Part shown: positions 45,610 to 59,044 of the stretch, one piece after another
How positions within the stretch are numbered: position 1 is the stretch's first letter
How the letters are laid out: every line of letters starts with the position of its first letter
Assembly (NCBI GenBank): GCA_017499595.2
Contig: CM039003.1
Coordinates: forward strand, 3,348,001-3,412,000
Reading direction: 5' to 3'
Length of the DNA: 64,000 nucleotides
Origin: Psilocybe cubensis
Lineage: Eukaryota
Notes under the pieces: model-generated
The model's database searches: none
What the model saw: only the letters and a program-made list of their open reading frames with translations
What the model was told of the DNA's origin: nothing
Position numbers and translations under genes: made by a program

Positions 45610-46734
45610 CACGCCGGACAAAAATGCTGACCAGTTAGCCTGGGTGTTGTCCTGACCAGTGACGTGACTAGTACGGTGACCAATTACATAGTGTCACACA
45701 TATGTTGTCACGCTAAGTCATTATTAGTAGGCTCAACCAGTAAATAACATATTACTTGATTGTTTAATATTTCTTCCTACTCCGCACTGAGTTCTAACGC
45801 AAGACAATCAAGTAATTTGCCATTTACTGTTGAGTCTACTAATAATGAATTAGCGTGACAACATATATGTGACACTATGTAATTGGTCACCGTACTAGTC
45901 ACGTCACTGGTCAGGACAACACCCAGGCGAGAGCGTCGGATCGACTGGGAGCGAGGGCCAAATGGACCTGGACCTGGACCTGGACTTGGCCCTCACATGA
46001 ATCTGGGAATATTTGTCAGATTTTCCCAAGGTCCAAGGCAAGGTCCATCGTAGGTGTTATTTTAGTGTTACCTTTGCCCGTCATTGCCATTGTGTTTGTG
46101 CCACAGCTGACAGAATCTGATAAATAACCAGTAAATTACCACTGAATTTAAAAAATTGGATTAAGTAGCTTCTCTAACTCATTATAAACTAGCATGGTAC
46201 TATGGCATTAATTTTCTAAGTAATCCAAGTAACTCCCTATATAAATTTGATATAACATTGATCATTCTGAAGAGCCCTAATATTGTTTAAAGCACTAGAG
46301 ATTTGGTCAATATTCATAAATATCTAAACAATAATTCTTCTGGTGATAGAGAACCATTTAAATCTTTTTGAGCAATGCACCACCACAAATGATGTTAAAT
46401 GCAGTTGAATGAGTCTCAATATGCCGCAAATATTCCAAGTTCAAGCTGAGTTTCGGCTGAGTTTTCGAGTTTGATCCAATCAGGTGACTCATCCCACAGG
46501 TTCCCCTTAAGCTCCATGTTTGTCACTCATGGTACAACAACAGGAATATATGTGGAACATATCTAGTCCACTGGAGGTTTACACAAAGGCCATATGTGGG
46601 CCACGGTGAGATTTTATCTCGGTCAAGCCCCGAAGTCCAAGTCCAAGTCTGGGCCACGGTCCATGTTGGACCTGTGACCCAGTCGATCCGACTTTCTGAC
46701 CCAGGCTAACTGGTCAGCATTTTTGTCCGGCGTG
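45610..46734. mobile_element. Non-autonomous CMC/CACTA-like foldback MITE (~347 bp without the nested insert)
   Basis: Termini CACGCCGGAC.../...GTCCGGCGTG. 3-bp TSD ATA at 45607-45609 and 46735-46737. The empty site is seen in arm A near 23060. The inverted arms are ~150 bp long. Confidence 0.88.
45929..46698. mobile_element. Non-autonomous hAT-like MITE (770 bp) nested in the foldback element
   Basis: 8-bp TSD ACCCAGGC at 45921-45928 and 46699-46706. Imperfect 21-bp TIR with perfect core GTCGGATCGACTGGG. GGACCT/AGTCCA subterminal repeats. Confidence 0.85.
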
Positions 46735-46802
46735 ATATAAGCATTAATTCTGTTATATACTATGTGTTTATCGTCGTCGAATAAAATATCATAGCGGATC
46801 CC

Positions 46803-47107
46803 TCAATGCCATTGGTTCATATGTTCTGGAAAAGCCCCCTTCTCAATATAAGTCGGTTGTCCATGAATTGGCGGGCATGCCATGCATGCAATGAGAGTAG
46901 CGTCGCCTGGGCTGCAAACGATATTGTGACACTGGTGAAGGTGCGAGCGGATGCTCTCGCGGCGTGTCGGGCCGTCGATGGCGCTGGAGTACATCTTGTT
47001 GGGGCATCGGGAGTTAAGGACGCAGAGGCCGGATTTTCTGGATAGTATCACGATTATTAGAAACGATAAATGGTATTAACGACGAACTGAAGAACTTACG
47101 ATGCCAT
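46803..47107 (-). CDS. Short Cys/His zinc-finger-like protein, copy B
   Basis: Exon 1 ATGGCATC (47107-47100) and intron 47038-47099; near-identical to 22693-22997. Confidence 0.75.
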
Positions 47108-48664
47108 TTTAGATGCAAAGATATTAGTGATTAGGGGTATCGTACTTTGGACTCGATTTAAGATGATACTTACTGCTGCTCAACGGAACCCATTACTTAT
47201 ATCAGTACTACTAGGCTACTATACTCTCATACTGTCCTCATCCATTGAGTCCAAGGGTCACACCAGATGAAAGCGCAAGTCATTCACAACATTTCTATTG
47301 TTGTAAATAGTGGCACCATCTTTCAGTCGTGAAAGCATATTTAATTTAGCAATGAGGCATAAAGCATATTGAAGCGCAAGCGTGCAATCAGGAAACAATG
47401 ACTTCAAAGTAATTCACGCGTCGGGCGACGGCGGTGCGCTTTCATCCTTTAACTTGGATCTTCTCACGATCCGGTCGACGTCATTCAATTGCAATGAAAG
47501 CAGACCTTAATATCCTCCGGTCTATAAGCACAAAAAAGCAGCTTGATATCGGTTAATTTGTGCTAGAGCTTGGTTCATCGATTTTTGGTCGCCCAAAGAC
47601 GAGTGCTGGTGTCAAAGCCTGCTTCGTTTAAAGAGACTGCTCCGCCATGAGATCATGCGGTATGCATTCTGGAGAACATAGTAATAAATATCTATCATTC
47701 ATTAGTGAAAAGGTAAAAGAAATTTACTACCCATTAATTCATTATGCATTAAGAGTTAGGGCATCATAGATGGTATAAGGAAGGTAAAGAGCTTTCACTA
47801 CGCATCGATAGGGCATGTTTGTATGTCAGGGTGTAAACAAACATCATTTGTAATCATCACGGCCCGAAGTGACGAACTTTAAGGGGCTTGGCGGACATCA
47901 AGCGAACTTGCCTCGTGTTCATCGTAAACGACATGTTGCGTTGGCCATGTAAATTGGACCACTTCGCGTCGACTGTTTTTGAAGTGAGAGGAGACTGTCC
48001 TATAGAGGCTGCGACAAATTTTTAAGGAAAGCTTAGATTTTTAACATGCAAATGATATTCGATGTCAATTTACTCTGGAATTTAAGGGTGTCAGTGTGCT
48101 CATGCTTCGACGTATGACTAACTCTACATTTCTGAATGTGACCGAGTCCAGTACTGGTGAGGTTCTTCTCAGATGGCTTTAGCACAGCCCGATCTACTGT
48201 ACATCATTTCCAGACGGATCGTGGCCTCAACCATGTTTGAATCATCATCGTGTTCCATCTTTTTCGTCCGTTGTTGAATGTAGAGCATGCTAACCAGTAC
48301 ACTTCCTGTAAATTTCTTTAATTAAAAGATAGAGCACTACGGTTGGGAGCCCTCTGTTTCCGTTGAAGTCTTGAAGAAGATTGAAGTAGGATGATTATTC
48401 CTTGGCCTCTAAGCCACTAATTGCCCAAGCGAACGCCTGTACGTAACGTCGTGTATGTCCAATCAAAAGACGTTGATTTCTAATTACGGGCACGGGAGAT
48501 GGAATAGAGCGGGGATTGATCGAATTTCTCATATGTGACTGTTGATATATAATACAACAGGTCATTTACAGTGACTGGTGACAGTGTTTTTCTTCTCGGC
48601 CGTTTCTCCGGTCTACGGTCTACCAGGGGACCTCACCTACAGTCCATCTTCCCTTGCATAGGCC

Positions 48665-50520
48665 ATGGATGGCCTCGGTGATTTAGGTCAGCCACAAAGG
48701 GTACAAAAGTCGTTAAATGGCCTTTTTACTGGGATCTATTTGTCCGCGATGTGGGTTCTCACTAGCATGGTAACCGATTTGCACCACACCTGACTCCGTC
48801 ACTACCTAGTCTGTATGGCCTTACCACATACCAGACAGTATATTACTTTCGACGATCCAGGAGGGATTCGTTCTTTCTCCGTAGCACAGTAAGGTCTTCT
48901 AGATCGTCTAGGAAATCCACATGATCCCAACAAGTGATGCTGAATCGCGTGCTATTGGACAGGTTTTAATCCTTTGGTGAGTCCGTAACCAGTGAAATGT
49001 GCAATCTCGATATTTTTCTCAACTTACTTCATCTTAAAAGGTTTCTGAACACGCTTCATACAGTATTTGGCGCGATTGGTATAATGAATCTTGTCTCTCA
49101 GATTCTGTGGAGCCCGTCCTTTGAGTTTGTCGTTCAAAAGCAACCATGGTGAGATTTACCGTGGTCCGTTTTCATGGGACGAAATAATGACTACCTGCAC
49201 AAACATAGGACATTGGTGGTAAGGTTTTAAGAATATGACGCCGAGAAGTTATGAAATGCCTGACCACTGCTAATTATTAGTTAACGTACTGGATGATGGT
49301 GTGTTCGATCATATGCCACCACTTCTTGTACTCGTAATAATCATCGCCACACAGCCCTTTACAGATATGTTTGTTAGAGGGTGACTAGTTTTTCTGCATT
49401 TGTTGGTTTCCGGTACATGCGCTTATCAGCCTCCCATAGATTTTACTGTATCCGTATTTGGAGACGTAAGCACAACGCCCTCTTGCGCTCTAGTTATTCA
49501 TGATATTCTAACATCATCAAAGTGAGCCACAAACATCACATTCTGACTGGAATAGCGGTGAGTCTCAACACTAAATAGCATCATATATCTCACGCCGCAC
49601 TTGAATGCTTAGTATCCATTCAATCTAGATCATGTCAAGCCTTGGACCTTCCGCTGGAGCATTGTGTATGTGCCATCTCTCTTCTGACATTGATATCTAA
49701 CCATCCTCAACGGGGACTTAGATTTCGGGATCAAGATGTAAGTGCTATAAATCCTTTTTATTTTCATATGAACGAACCATATCTCTTTCACAGGATAGAT
49801 CGGACTTGGATTGAATATTTCAACCTAACGGTGAGATTGCCCAATTTTAAGTGTACCTACGACTTACTCTCCATTGACTAGTCCCCTGTCTACGGAACAA
49901 TTGCCTGCTTATTCGTTGCAGACTTAATAATAGCCATAATAGTATGTTCTCTACTATGGAATAAGCGAACACGATCAGAACAGACTCGGTGAGTTTATAA
50001 TGTTAACCTGACCAGTGTCTTCATGCTCTAATAAACTACAGAGCCACATCGGTGATCAAAACTTTGATTGGATATACTCTTACTACTGGCCTGCTTACGA
50101 GTTTTACGTCCCTCATCGGCTTGATCTTGGTGGGTCCAGATGGTTATTCTATTCTAAAATTTGGATCTCATGTGAAAGAAAATATAAACACATTAGGCTC
50201 TAACATTCCGGCGGACGATGATCTATGTTGCATTAATCAACTCGCTGGGGAACAGTAAGTACCCTTTTCTACCAGCAGGCCAATCCACTCAACGATTTAA
50301 TATGATTACAACTACTCAAGTTTATACCAATGCACTTCTTGCTTCCCTCAACCGCCGAGATCGAATACGAAGTGTGATGGACCCAACAATGGAAATGATC
50401 AGCGCACGGTCCCAGCCCGGCACCGGCGCCAAACCAAAAGAGATAGGCACTATTGTGTTTGCGCCATCGGAAGACACCTATGGCAACCAATCAGTGTTGA
50501 GCAAAACGGGGGAAGTTTAG
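48665..50520 (+). CDS. DUF6534-like multi-pass membrane protein with many small exons
   Basis: MDGLG..SLNGLFTGIYLSAM / LYGLTTYQT / VLILW / FLNTLHTVFG / FYCIRIWR / ADLIIA / IKTLIGYTLTTGLLTS / YTNALLASLNRRD. Confidence 0.82.
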
Positions 50521-50568
50521 TTAAATGCATTACATCTTGCAATCCATAGAGCTAATAGATTCATCTTA

Positions 50569-52414
50569 TTATGACATATCCTCTGGCTTAATGGACATTG
50601 ACGCTCGAGTATTGGGAAATTCTGGCGGTGCAAATATAATGGCACTTCTTTCCTTGCGCGAGGGGCGCATTCCTGTTTGCACGGGTATGCTGATGATATC
50701 AGTTTCAGGGTGCATTTCAGTTCGTATCCTTTCTCGACGGTTCAAGGATGCGAGAAGGGCGTTCGAGTATACTGCAAATAACTTCCTTAGTGATACGAGA
50801 CAAGAATTATTGGTGACTAACCGTTCCCCAGGACGTTAATCACTCCTGCGTATACCATCGTTCTCTTAAATACCAGGGTCTGAAGTTCCATATTTAGATA
50901 GGTTAGAATGGTAAACATCTGTTTGAAGATCATAGACTTGCTAATATCAACCCGGCGAGGGCAATGATGCTCGTAAGTAGCCCAGTAGTAACCGTGTATC
51001 CAATCAGCGTCTTGATCACCGACAACGTGCTGTTTGGATACCCTTGTTTAGACATAGGCAAACTAAGGGGATGCAGCAGAATCACCGTTTTATCCCTGAC
51101 CGTTTCCTCCACAGGAGCACACATACAATGCCGGAGATGATAAGATCTGCCACACATAGGCAGCCAATGATGCCGAGCATGGGGGCCTTCAGCGCGGCGT
51201 CAGAAGCAGGAATACGAGAGTGATTTTAGCGATGTGGCTCACAGTCATGTCCAGGTCTTCAATCCATGACTCTCCAATCCTATTAATCTCTGTTTTTAGC
51301 GTGGGAAGATTATAGGAAGTATTTTTTAAAGAAATTCTAACATTTTGATGTTAAAGTCTAGATGCGTGATCAGGCGAAGGTCAGTTGCCGTCTGGAGCGG
51401 TGAATAAACACATACAAAATGCTCCAGCAGGAGGACCAATGCTGGAAAGTACCTTCTCAGGAAGCGACGTAAGTTGTTAGATCTAAATTTTGGGCATGAG
51501 ATGGCGTTACTTACCGCGACGAGTGTCAGAAGGGTATGCTTGTCGCTTACTGTCATTACGTTCAGTGAAAGGTCAATCACATGACGTTATACGCTCAACA
51601 GAGCCAAACGAGACACATACGTCGCCATATGCGCATGCAGTAGAACCTGTCGCATAGTCTAATTAACATCCGAGGACAGGTTGAACGTATTTCTCAACTC
51701 TTTACCATCTCACAATCACAGCAGTCAGAAGCTGGTTGTATTATCAGTAAGGGATGAAACGAAAAGAGTGTGTACACATGCCATAATCCAATATGTGATC
51801 TAGCCCTCGTCAAATTCTGAAAAGGTAGGGGCGCTGCAGGACTCACCCCCAGTGTCCTATAATGAATTATGCCTTAAGCAATTGTAGCGCCTGAGGAGAA
51901 ACAGAGGTTCAATATCTCACCATGGTAGTTTATCTCCTGCGAAATTGTCGGGCTCCGAAAGGAACTCTCCAACGGTGTCGATGATACCAATTGCTCCAAA
52001 GACAGTGTGCAGAGTATTGAATACCCTATGAATCCGAGATCAGGGGATGTTCTTCATGAAGGCCGAAAAACTGCAAATACCATATTGCAATGACCTGGAT
52101 GCCCCAATGAATGTAGACATTGACTTGTTGAGCTGACATATATATGAAGAAGCTCTTGGGAGATTTCACGTACCAAAAGACGCAGTATCACAGGATCGCC
52201 TGAAGCCTTGTCAAAGTACACTATTGTTTGGTAGGTTGTGAGACCGTAGAAGCTGAATTTATGGATGCGTTTTAGCGGGTTGCATTATATGTTGTGAGAT
52301 GGTATATGCAAGTGTGTGATACACTTACATGGCTGAGAGGTATACTCCTATGAACAGGCCATTGAAAGACTTGTGGATTCGTGTTGCAAGGGTTGGGTCT
52401 TGTAGATCCGTCAT
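50569..52414 (-). CDS. DUF6534-like paralog, tail-to-tail with the previous gene; integrity not verified
   Basis: MTDLQDP..SFNGLFIGVYLSAM / FYGLTTYQT / NTLHTVFGAIG / IKTLIGYTVTTGLLTS / YSNALLASLNRRE. Confidence 0.72.
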
Positions 52415-53935
52415 CAGGGCAGATATAGAGACCGTGATGGCCGTCGCACGACGTAGCCTGGTATTCGAGGAATGAAAGGCGACGCTTGACAGTCCTCTCC
52501 CATCTTTATGTATTCAAGGTGTATTGGAGACAAAGTCATGACTACAAAGCAATATTTGTCGAACGAATGATTTAATCTGGGTCTTACTGATTCTCGTTAG
52601 ACTTTCTCCGGGAACCATGGACATAGGGCGGGGTTTCACAAATATGATTGAATTCTGTAGCTAACCTTGTATAATCTACGTTTCATATCCGAGCCTCGGA
52701 GATACAGATGAGGATTAACTTCAACGATACTGATAGCGACATAAAACGTACCTCGTTACATCAATATTTGGGCCGTTCCGAGAACTAGATTGAGATGGTG
52801 GTACCAAGAAAAAAAATGAGGTGCACAAAGAGACGTGCCATAGAACTTGATGCAAAGTACTGGCCCTTAGCTCTTCTCAAATTCCAAGCTGTCCAGCATA
52901 AGAATAGCTCCTGCATCGTGTTCAACCATTCCTGTTATAGCACTGAGAGGTGAGACGAACAATGATTCAAAGAGTGTACTGCTCATCTTCACACCTTCAT
53001 GAGGTCAATCTTCAGGATAGTGCAATCGTGTATCGTTTATCGTAAGAGCCATACGTATAGACTTGTGTACGACGGTGAGAGCATTAGTAAGTACGTTTTC
53101 GATCACGGCTCAGTTCCACATCCGAGAATATGCATCGTTCAGCCTTTCTATCCCCGTATACAAGTATTCAGTTGCTGATAATAGAACCTTTATACGATAC
53201 ACAGCCTGCAGCTAAGAATCTTCAGTCCAGCTTTAGGTTATCAGAAAGGAGTTCTTCTTTCCAGTCTCGTCACGGTGGCACAATGTACAAGTCAATTTTT
53301 TATACATGAGACCAAGCACAGAGAATAGAACACGTCCAAGGTGGCACTGATTGAAGTCGGTACCGCGCATAACGGGGTGTAAGGAAAATAAACGCCCAGG
53401 GGCAATCAGCGCTTCCAGGAGGTAGAAATGGGGTATGCCGAGAATATAAAGATCAAAATCAGCATTCTGAAAGACAGAGTCAATGTCTTTGTAGAGCATT
53501 CAGGTGTGATGGCGCCAGAACTGCCAGGGATATGGGAAACGGACGAGTCAGAAGGCGGGTGAAGGCGGGAACAGTATGGAACACATGGTTGGAACAAGAA
53601 AAGCGACACGGAAGACGGGTGTGCTCAGGAAGAGGCCAGGGTGACTGCGCGCGCTCAACGTTTCGATATTGACCTTAGACGAACGGGGGCGTTCAACCAG
53701 TGCTGAGCGCAATGTGCAGAAGAAGAATGTATGAGTTCGGGGATCGGGATAGTTCGGGACGTGTTGTGTGGATATGTTTGTACACTGTGGCAACGTTCGG
53801 CGGCAATCTCCGATTGGCTTCAGCATTGGTCTTGAATAAATCCTTTCATGTTCTCTTTGGTATCACCATGAAGCTCATGTACATATTTCATGTTGGTAAT
53901 CGAAGTACAGTAAGATACATTTTACAATGGATCAA

Positions 53936-55842
53936 CTAAACTTCTTCTAAATTAGTTAAGCCACCTTCAGACGAACCAAATACTATCGCGCTGAGCTCTG
54001 AATCTTTCCCTTTCCGTTCTACATGCGACTCGGCTGGGAGAGGTATGCTAACAATACCAGAATCAGGTTCCATGGCTTTGCGTATTCTATCACGTCGGTT
54101 GAGTGATGCAAGAAGTGCGCTGGTGTATACTGGCGACCGTGTGGAATCGCGGTGAGTATGTGTTAAGTGAGGAGCACAAGCGTTTGAAATGACGAACTGT
54201 ACTGACCGTTTCCTAGTGTATTGAGTAATGAAACATATACCAGAGTTCTTCGGTATGTAAGCGCCTGCCGGAGGGGTTTTAGTTTATCACCATGAGATGT
54301 ATATTCGAGGTGATATTAGATTGCGCGCAATGTACGCACCAGGATTAATCCAGCGAGGGACGTAAAGCTTGTCAGAATTCCCGTTGTGAGGGTGTACCCA
54401 ACCAAAGTTTTGATCACGGAGGTTGTTCTGCCACAGTAAAACTCTCAGACGCTTCAGATACCTGTCAAATGGAGATTGAAGAAATTCAGAGACACAGCTG
54501 ATTTCGATCGTTTTTGCCAGAGAAGAGCGCAGACTGTTACTGCTATGATAAGGTCTGCAAGAAACAGGCAAGTAATTATTCCGTATATAGGAGTCTGTGG
54601 CATGTCAATGTTTAGTTGTGCTTGAAAGATGCAAATGGCTAGCGATTCTTACTTTTAGGTTGAGGTTCTCTATCCACGTTTCCTTTATCCTACAAATCAT
54701 TTTGGGTGAGCAAGGATATGAAGGTGGTTTTAATATATCTACATTTTAATCCCAAAGTCTACAAGACAATATGTCAGTGGAAATATTTGTGAGTTATACA
54801 TGAGGAGAGGCAAGGTACTTAATTAGTGCCCCAGCCGATGGCCCGAGGCTTGAGACACCCTATAAAAAAAGGATCATATCAGGACTTCCATATGTGGTAG
54901 GTTGAAGTAGTTTAACTCACAGAAATCGCAGTTAACCAGATGTTTCTGTTGCTGACTAGAAAATTATAGCGTATCAACAGTGACAGGTGCTATAATAGAA
55001 TGGTAGAATGGCACCTACGTCTCCAGATGCGGACACAGTAAAACCTATAAAAGAACACGTCAAACTATCTATCTATTTTGTCAAGAAGCTGAGTCACCAT
55101 CTAACAAAGATATCCGTGAAAGGCTTCATGTAAATCTTCAGCGCACGCCCTTACTTACAGAAGTGAAAATATAACGTTTTCACGCACCATCATCCAATAC
55201 GTCAACTGGATATTGTAACCCATTAGATTGTACAATAATTAGGGATAGTTATGGTCCATACCACCAGCGTCCTAAACACATGTATCACCATGATCACCTT
55301 TTTCTTCATGAATTCATTTTCGAGTCTCACCAAGGTTGCCTTTCGAACACAAAGCTCAAAGATCCATCACTCCACAGCATTTGTGAGATCAAATTCATGA
55401 ATCCGATAGCTCCGAATATAGCATGAACGGTGTTCAGAATCCTAAGCAGCATTGCATCGATAAAGTGTTAAGAACTCAATCTCGTCGAGTTATATTTGAT
55501 ATGATAGACGTACCAGAGGGCCACAACCTGTAAGTGACACGGATCTTCAGCGTCAATGATGGTATGTGTATGGCTGCGACAAATGCTTTGGAAGGATTTA
55601 CCATGCTGCGTAGAGCTTTACGATCTCGCTTTGCTTTCCGGAGGTAATAAATCGTTTGGTATGTCGTTAGGCCATACACACTGTAAGTAAAGTGCAGTTG
55701 TCACCAAACTTTCAGTAATATACGCGGATTGAGTAGGTTGAGGTAGCAAAACTTACATCGCAGACAGATACATCCCTATAAACAACCCATACAGTGACCT
55801 TTGAACCCTCTCCGGAAGCCCTGGATCGTTGATGTTTTCCAT
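53936..55842 (-). CDS. DUF6534-like paralog
   Basis: MENINDPG..SLYGLFIGVYLSAM / YGLTTYQT / VVALW / LNTVHAIFGAIG / FYCVRIWR / IKTLVGYTLTTG / YTSALLASLNRRD..LEEV*. Confidence 0.78.
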
Positions 55843-57655
55843 TTTCTGACAATCAAATATTGTTTAGCGTCAGTCAAAGAAGACACGGCGAGCGTGAGTG
55901 GTAGTGACACAGAAGAAGCCTACATCGGATCCCTCGTCTCTGCGATACCGTGTTATATACGTGGTCTAAATTTGTCACATTTCATCAGCAAGTGGGGCGG
56001 GGTGGATCTGATTACATTCTTAGGGTGACAGGTCAAATTACGCTTCCGACACACTCGGATAGCGAACGGCCAGGCGATAGATGTGTAGGGCCGTTTCGAG
56101 CGTGGATATACTGGCTGGGATTAGGCGCTTCTGGCATGTCACGGGAAGAGGAATCGTCTTGGGTTGTGCAGAGGTTGTTAGAAGTGGGTCACAGGTTTGC
56201 AGATACGAGACAGAGTTTAGGTTGTGAGAATGAACAGTTACACCATGAGGGTCAGCTACAACATGGTGGCGCAAAGTGGAACGGGAATTCGGAGCAGAGG
56301 ACAAGACATAACACAAAGATCAAAGCGCAAAGAGCTAACATGAGTATGAGCGTAGCATTGCACAGCCAGAAGAAAGTCTGGGATAACGAAGCGTTTTCAA
56401 CGGATAGTAAGCTTAACCACACGAAGATCACAGTCATACCCGATTGGGTGCATGTGATGCGGTGTGGTTTAGGAACTGTGTTTGTAGGCGCTTCCCTATC
56501 CCGATTTACGCGATGAGGGTGTGGTGTGTAGGAGAGGATAGAGGATGTGATTTTGTCGAGGTATAACGAAGACCTCGAGGACCAGGTCCATTGCAAGAAC
56601 GGTGAAAACGAGGATGGATATAGCACCGCAGAGCAAGACAAAATCGACTCGTGTGCGGAGAAAGACATAGACGATGAGAGAAGAGACCGCTGGCGGAATG
56701 AACATCATAGCACGCTGTGAATTGAGCTAGAATAAAAAGGAATAACGTCACCTGTTATACCTTCAATTGAATTCGCATTCTTTTCCTCCCGGCATGTAGA
56801 CCAACGCCATCATAGTCCCAGCCTATAGCTCGAGGAACAGAACCTTTGTGTTGAGCAGCGTATACTTGTTGTTCAAAGGCTCGGTCACCGCAGATTGAGA
56901 AAAACAAACAGGAAGACTTCACCTAGCATTCCTTCAGCTAAATCGCCGTTATTCCTCAACCCAAAACCTAACCAAACGCCATCGCTCCAGACTTTGTGTT
57001 GGGCCGCTCATATATTGTTAATATCTCAATGAAATGAGTTGGAGCGCTGTTGAGAGGTACGCGCCGTGGATATGACTAGTGTAAGTGGTTTTCAAGATGA
57101 AATACGTAGTCATTGAGGTTGGCTGAAAGGGGAGGATTAGGGACCTTCAGAATTGAAATACGACCCGACTAGTCGGTCGTATTTGGCCCTGTCCGATTAC
57201 GCTTAGTAAATCAAAGTTCAAGGTCCGCTTTGTGACTGATGTGACGGAATTGCTATCGATAACGACGGTTTTGACTGGCTTCCACCATCTTCAATCCTCT
57301 TCCTATCGCCATTCCTGTGTAGGCTTTTATGTCATGCCTGTACATATAGAACTATAAAGACTTTGCTATTCATGAAGCACAGACCCTCTTTCTGGTCTCA
57401 TTTGCATGATCAAGGGCTAATGATATGATATATTTCACTCATCAGTGCCTGTAATTTAGATACTGCTGCAACAGCACCTCGTGAGGACGTTTTCGCGACG
57501 CGTTGAGACGCGTTTTGTTTGTTTAATTCTCTGACCACATAGGAGATGCGCCAAACATGTCAATACCGAAATGAGAATATAAGAAGTAAGCATTGATTCG
57601 GTCTCATCAACCCCCATCTCTATTTCTCCTTGCCATTTTTTCTTAGTATTGCTCA

Positions 57656-59003
57656 ATGCCTAAAGCTTCAAAGAAAAAAGGGTCGGATGTCAAGCCCAAG
57701 ATACCGGACATACCATGGCGCGAAAACGACAATTTTTTAACATGGCAGTTTCTCACGGAACTGGAAAGGCACGAGAACTACAGAATTATCTTTGGAAAAA
57801 AGGATGTGTCTGAGGTACGTTGTTGTGTTCATCTTCAATTCCTTGTAAACTTCATATATTGTATTACAGAATACTAGTGGAGACAGTCGCACAACTGTCT
57901 TTAAGCGGATTGCTGAAAGAATTCTTCCGGAAATCTATCTTCTTGATCCTGGGACTATAGGTGATCGCCTGAGGGCTTATCTTGACAGGTATGATGCAGT
58001 TATGAATTCTGAATCTTTCTGATGTACTGGTCACCAGACTCCGTAAGGCCTATCAGAAGCATGCAACAAAACTTCGTCAAACGGGTGAGGGCCTCAACAA
58101 CACCGAATCAGAATCAACAGAAGAATTACTTGACTATTATGTACCTCCGGAGGGCCCTGATGAGAGCACTCCCACACGAATTGTCAATATCTGGCGTACG
58201 TATCTTTAAGGTACTTTTTGATTTTACTATAAACTGACACAAAACGTTAGAACAAATTGAACGCGAGTTTGAGTTTTTTCCACGGTTACATAATCTTTAT
58301 GCAACGCGCCCAAATGTAACACCCATTGTAATTACCACAGCAGTTGGTCCTCAAGGGCGTAAGACAGTTTGGTATCAGCCTCCTAGCCCAACAGATGTTG
58401 AGCCTATAGGACCCTGTTCAAATTCAGTAGAACAAACAATCAACTTAGAGCAGGTGAGTTCTCAAGTAACGAGTCTCTTAATTTCTTCTCAACTGGGTTT
58501 TTTAGTCTTTGGACGAGGCCACTCAGCCTTCTCAGTTATCAGTCACCCTTTCAACCACTTCTGGATCTGACACTCTAGGTCCAATTTCATCTTCTCAAAT
58601 TCGGCCTCCAAAGTCATCCACAATTTCTCGCCATGCTGTTGAAAAGGCTAGAAATAATATTTCTAAAGTTCCGGCAAAGCGTTCACTTATTGACACACTT
58701 GTTGAAATGTCCGAGTAAGTTATTCTATTTAATATAGCAGTTCAGATAAGCTAACAAATAAATAATCATAGCAAGACCACAAAGATGTGGTCCGAAGATG
58801 CACATCAGAAGAGTCTTTTGCAAAAGCGCACTTTGCTTCTCGAAGAATTCAAGCTCGGTTTGTGGTCAAAGAATGAGTATCATGCCCAGATTCATGAATT
58901 GCAGCATAATAACACTCAAGATTCATTGCCACGTGTACTGCTGCCTTCACACCAGCGTTCTCTTGAATGGGAGGAAGAAGCGTCAACGGATGGTTCAGAC
59001 TAG
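57656..59003 (+). CDS. Harbinger accessory (putative Myb/SANT-like DNA-binding) protein, multi-exon
   Basis: MPKASKKK..IPWRENDNFLTWQFLTELE..; spliced ..LRQTGEG..NIW..F.FFPRLH..RPNVTP. Lies opposite the transposase inside the TIRs. Confidence 0.7.
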
Positions 59004-59044
59004 TCAATTTATAAGTTACACATTATTTATAATTATAATTTAGA

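Noticed and set aside
53100-53900. Decayed coding-like sequence
   Set aside because: Multiple stops and no family identifiable by eye.
56250-56950. Hydrophobic minus-strand ORF pieces, possibly another membrane-protein gene remnant
   Set aside because: A consistent exon chain could not be assembled.
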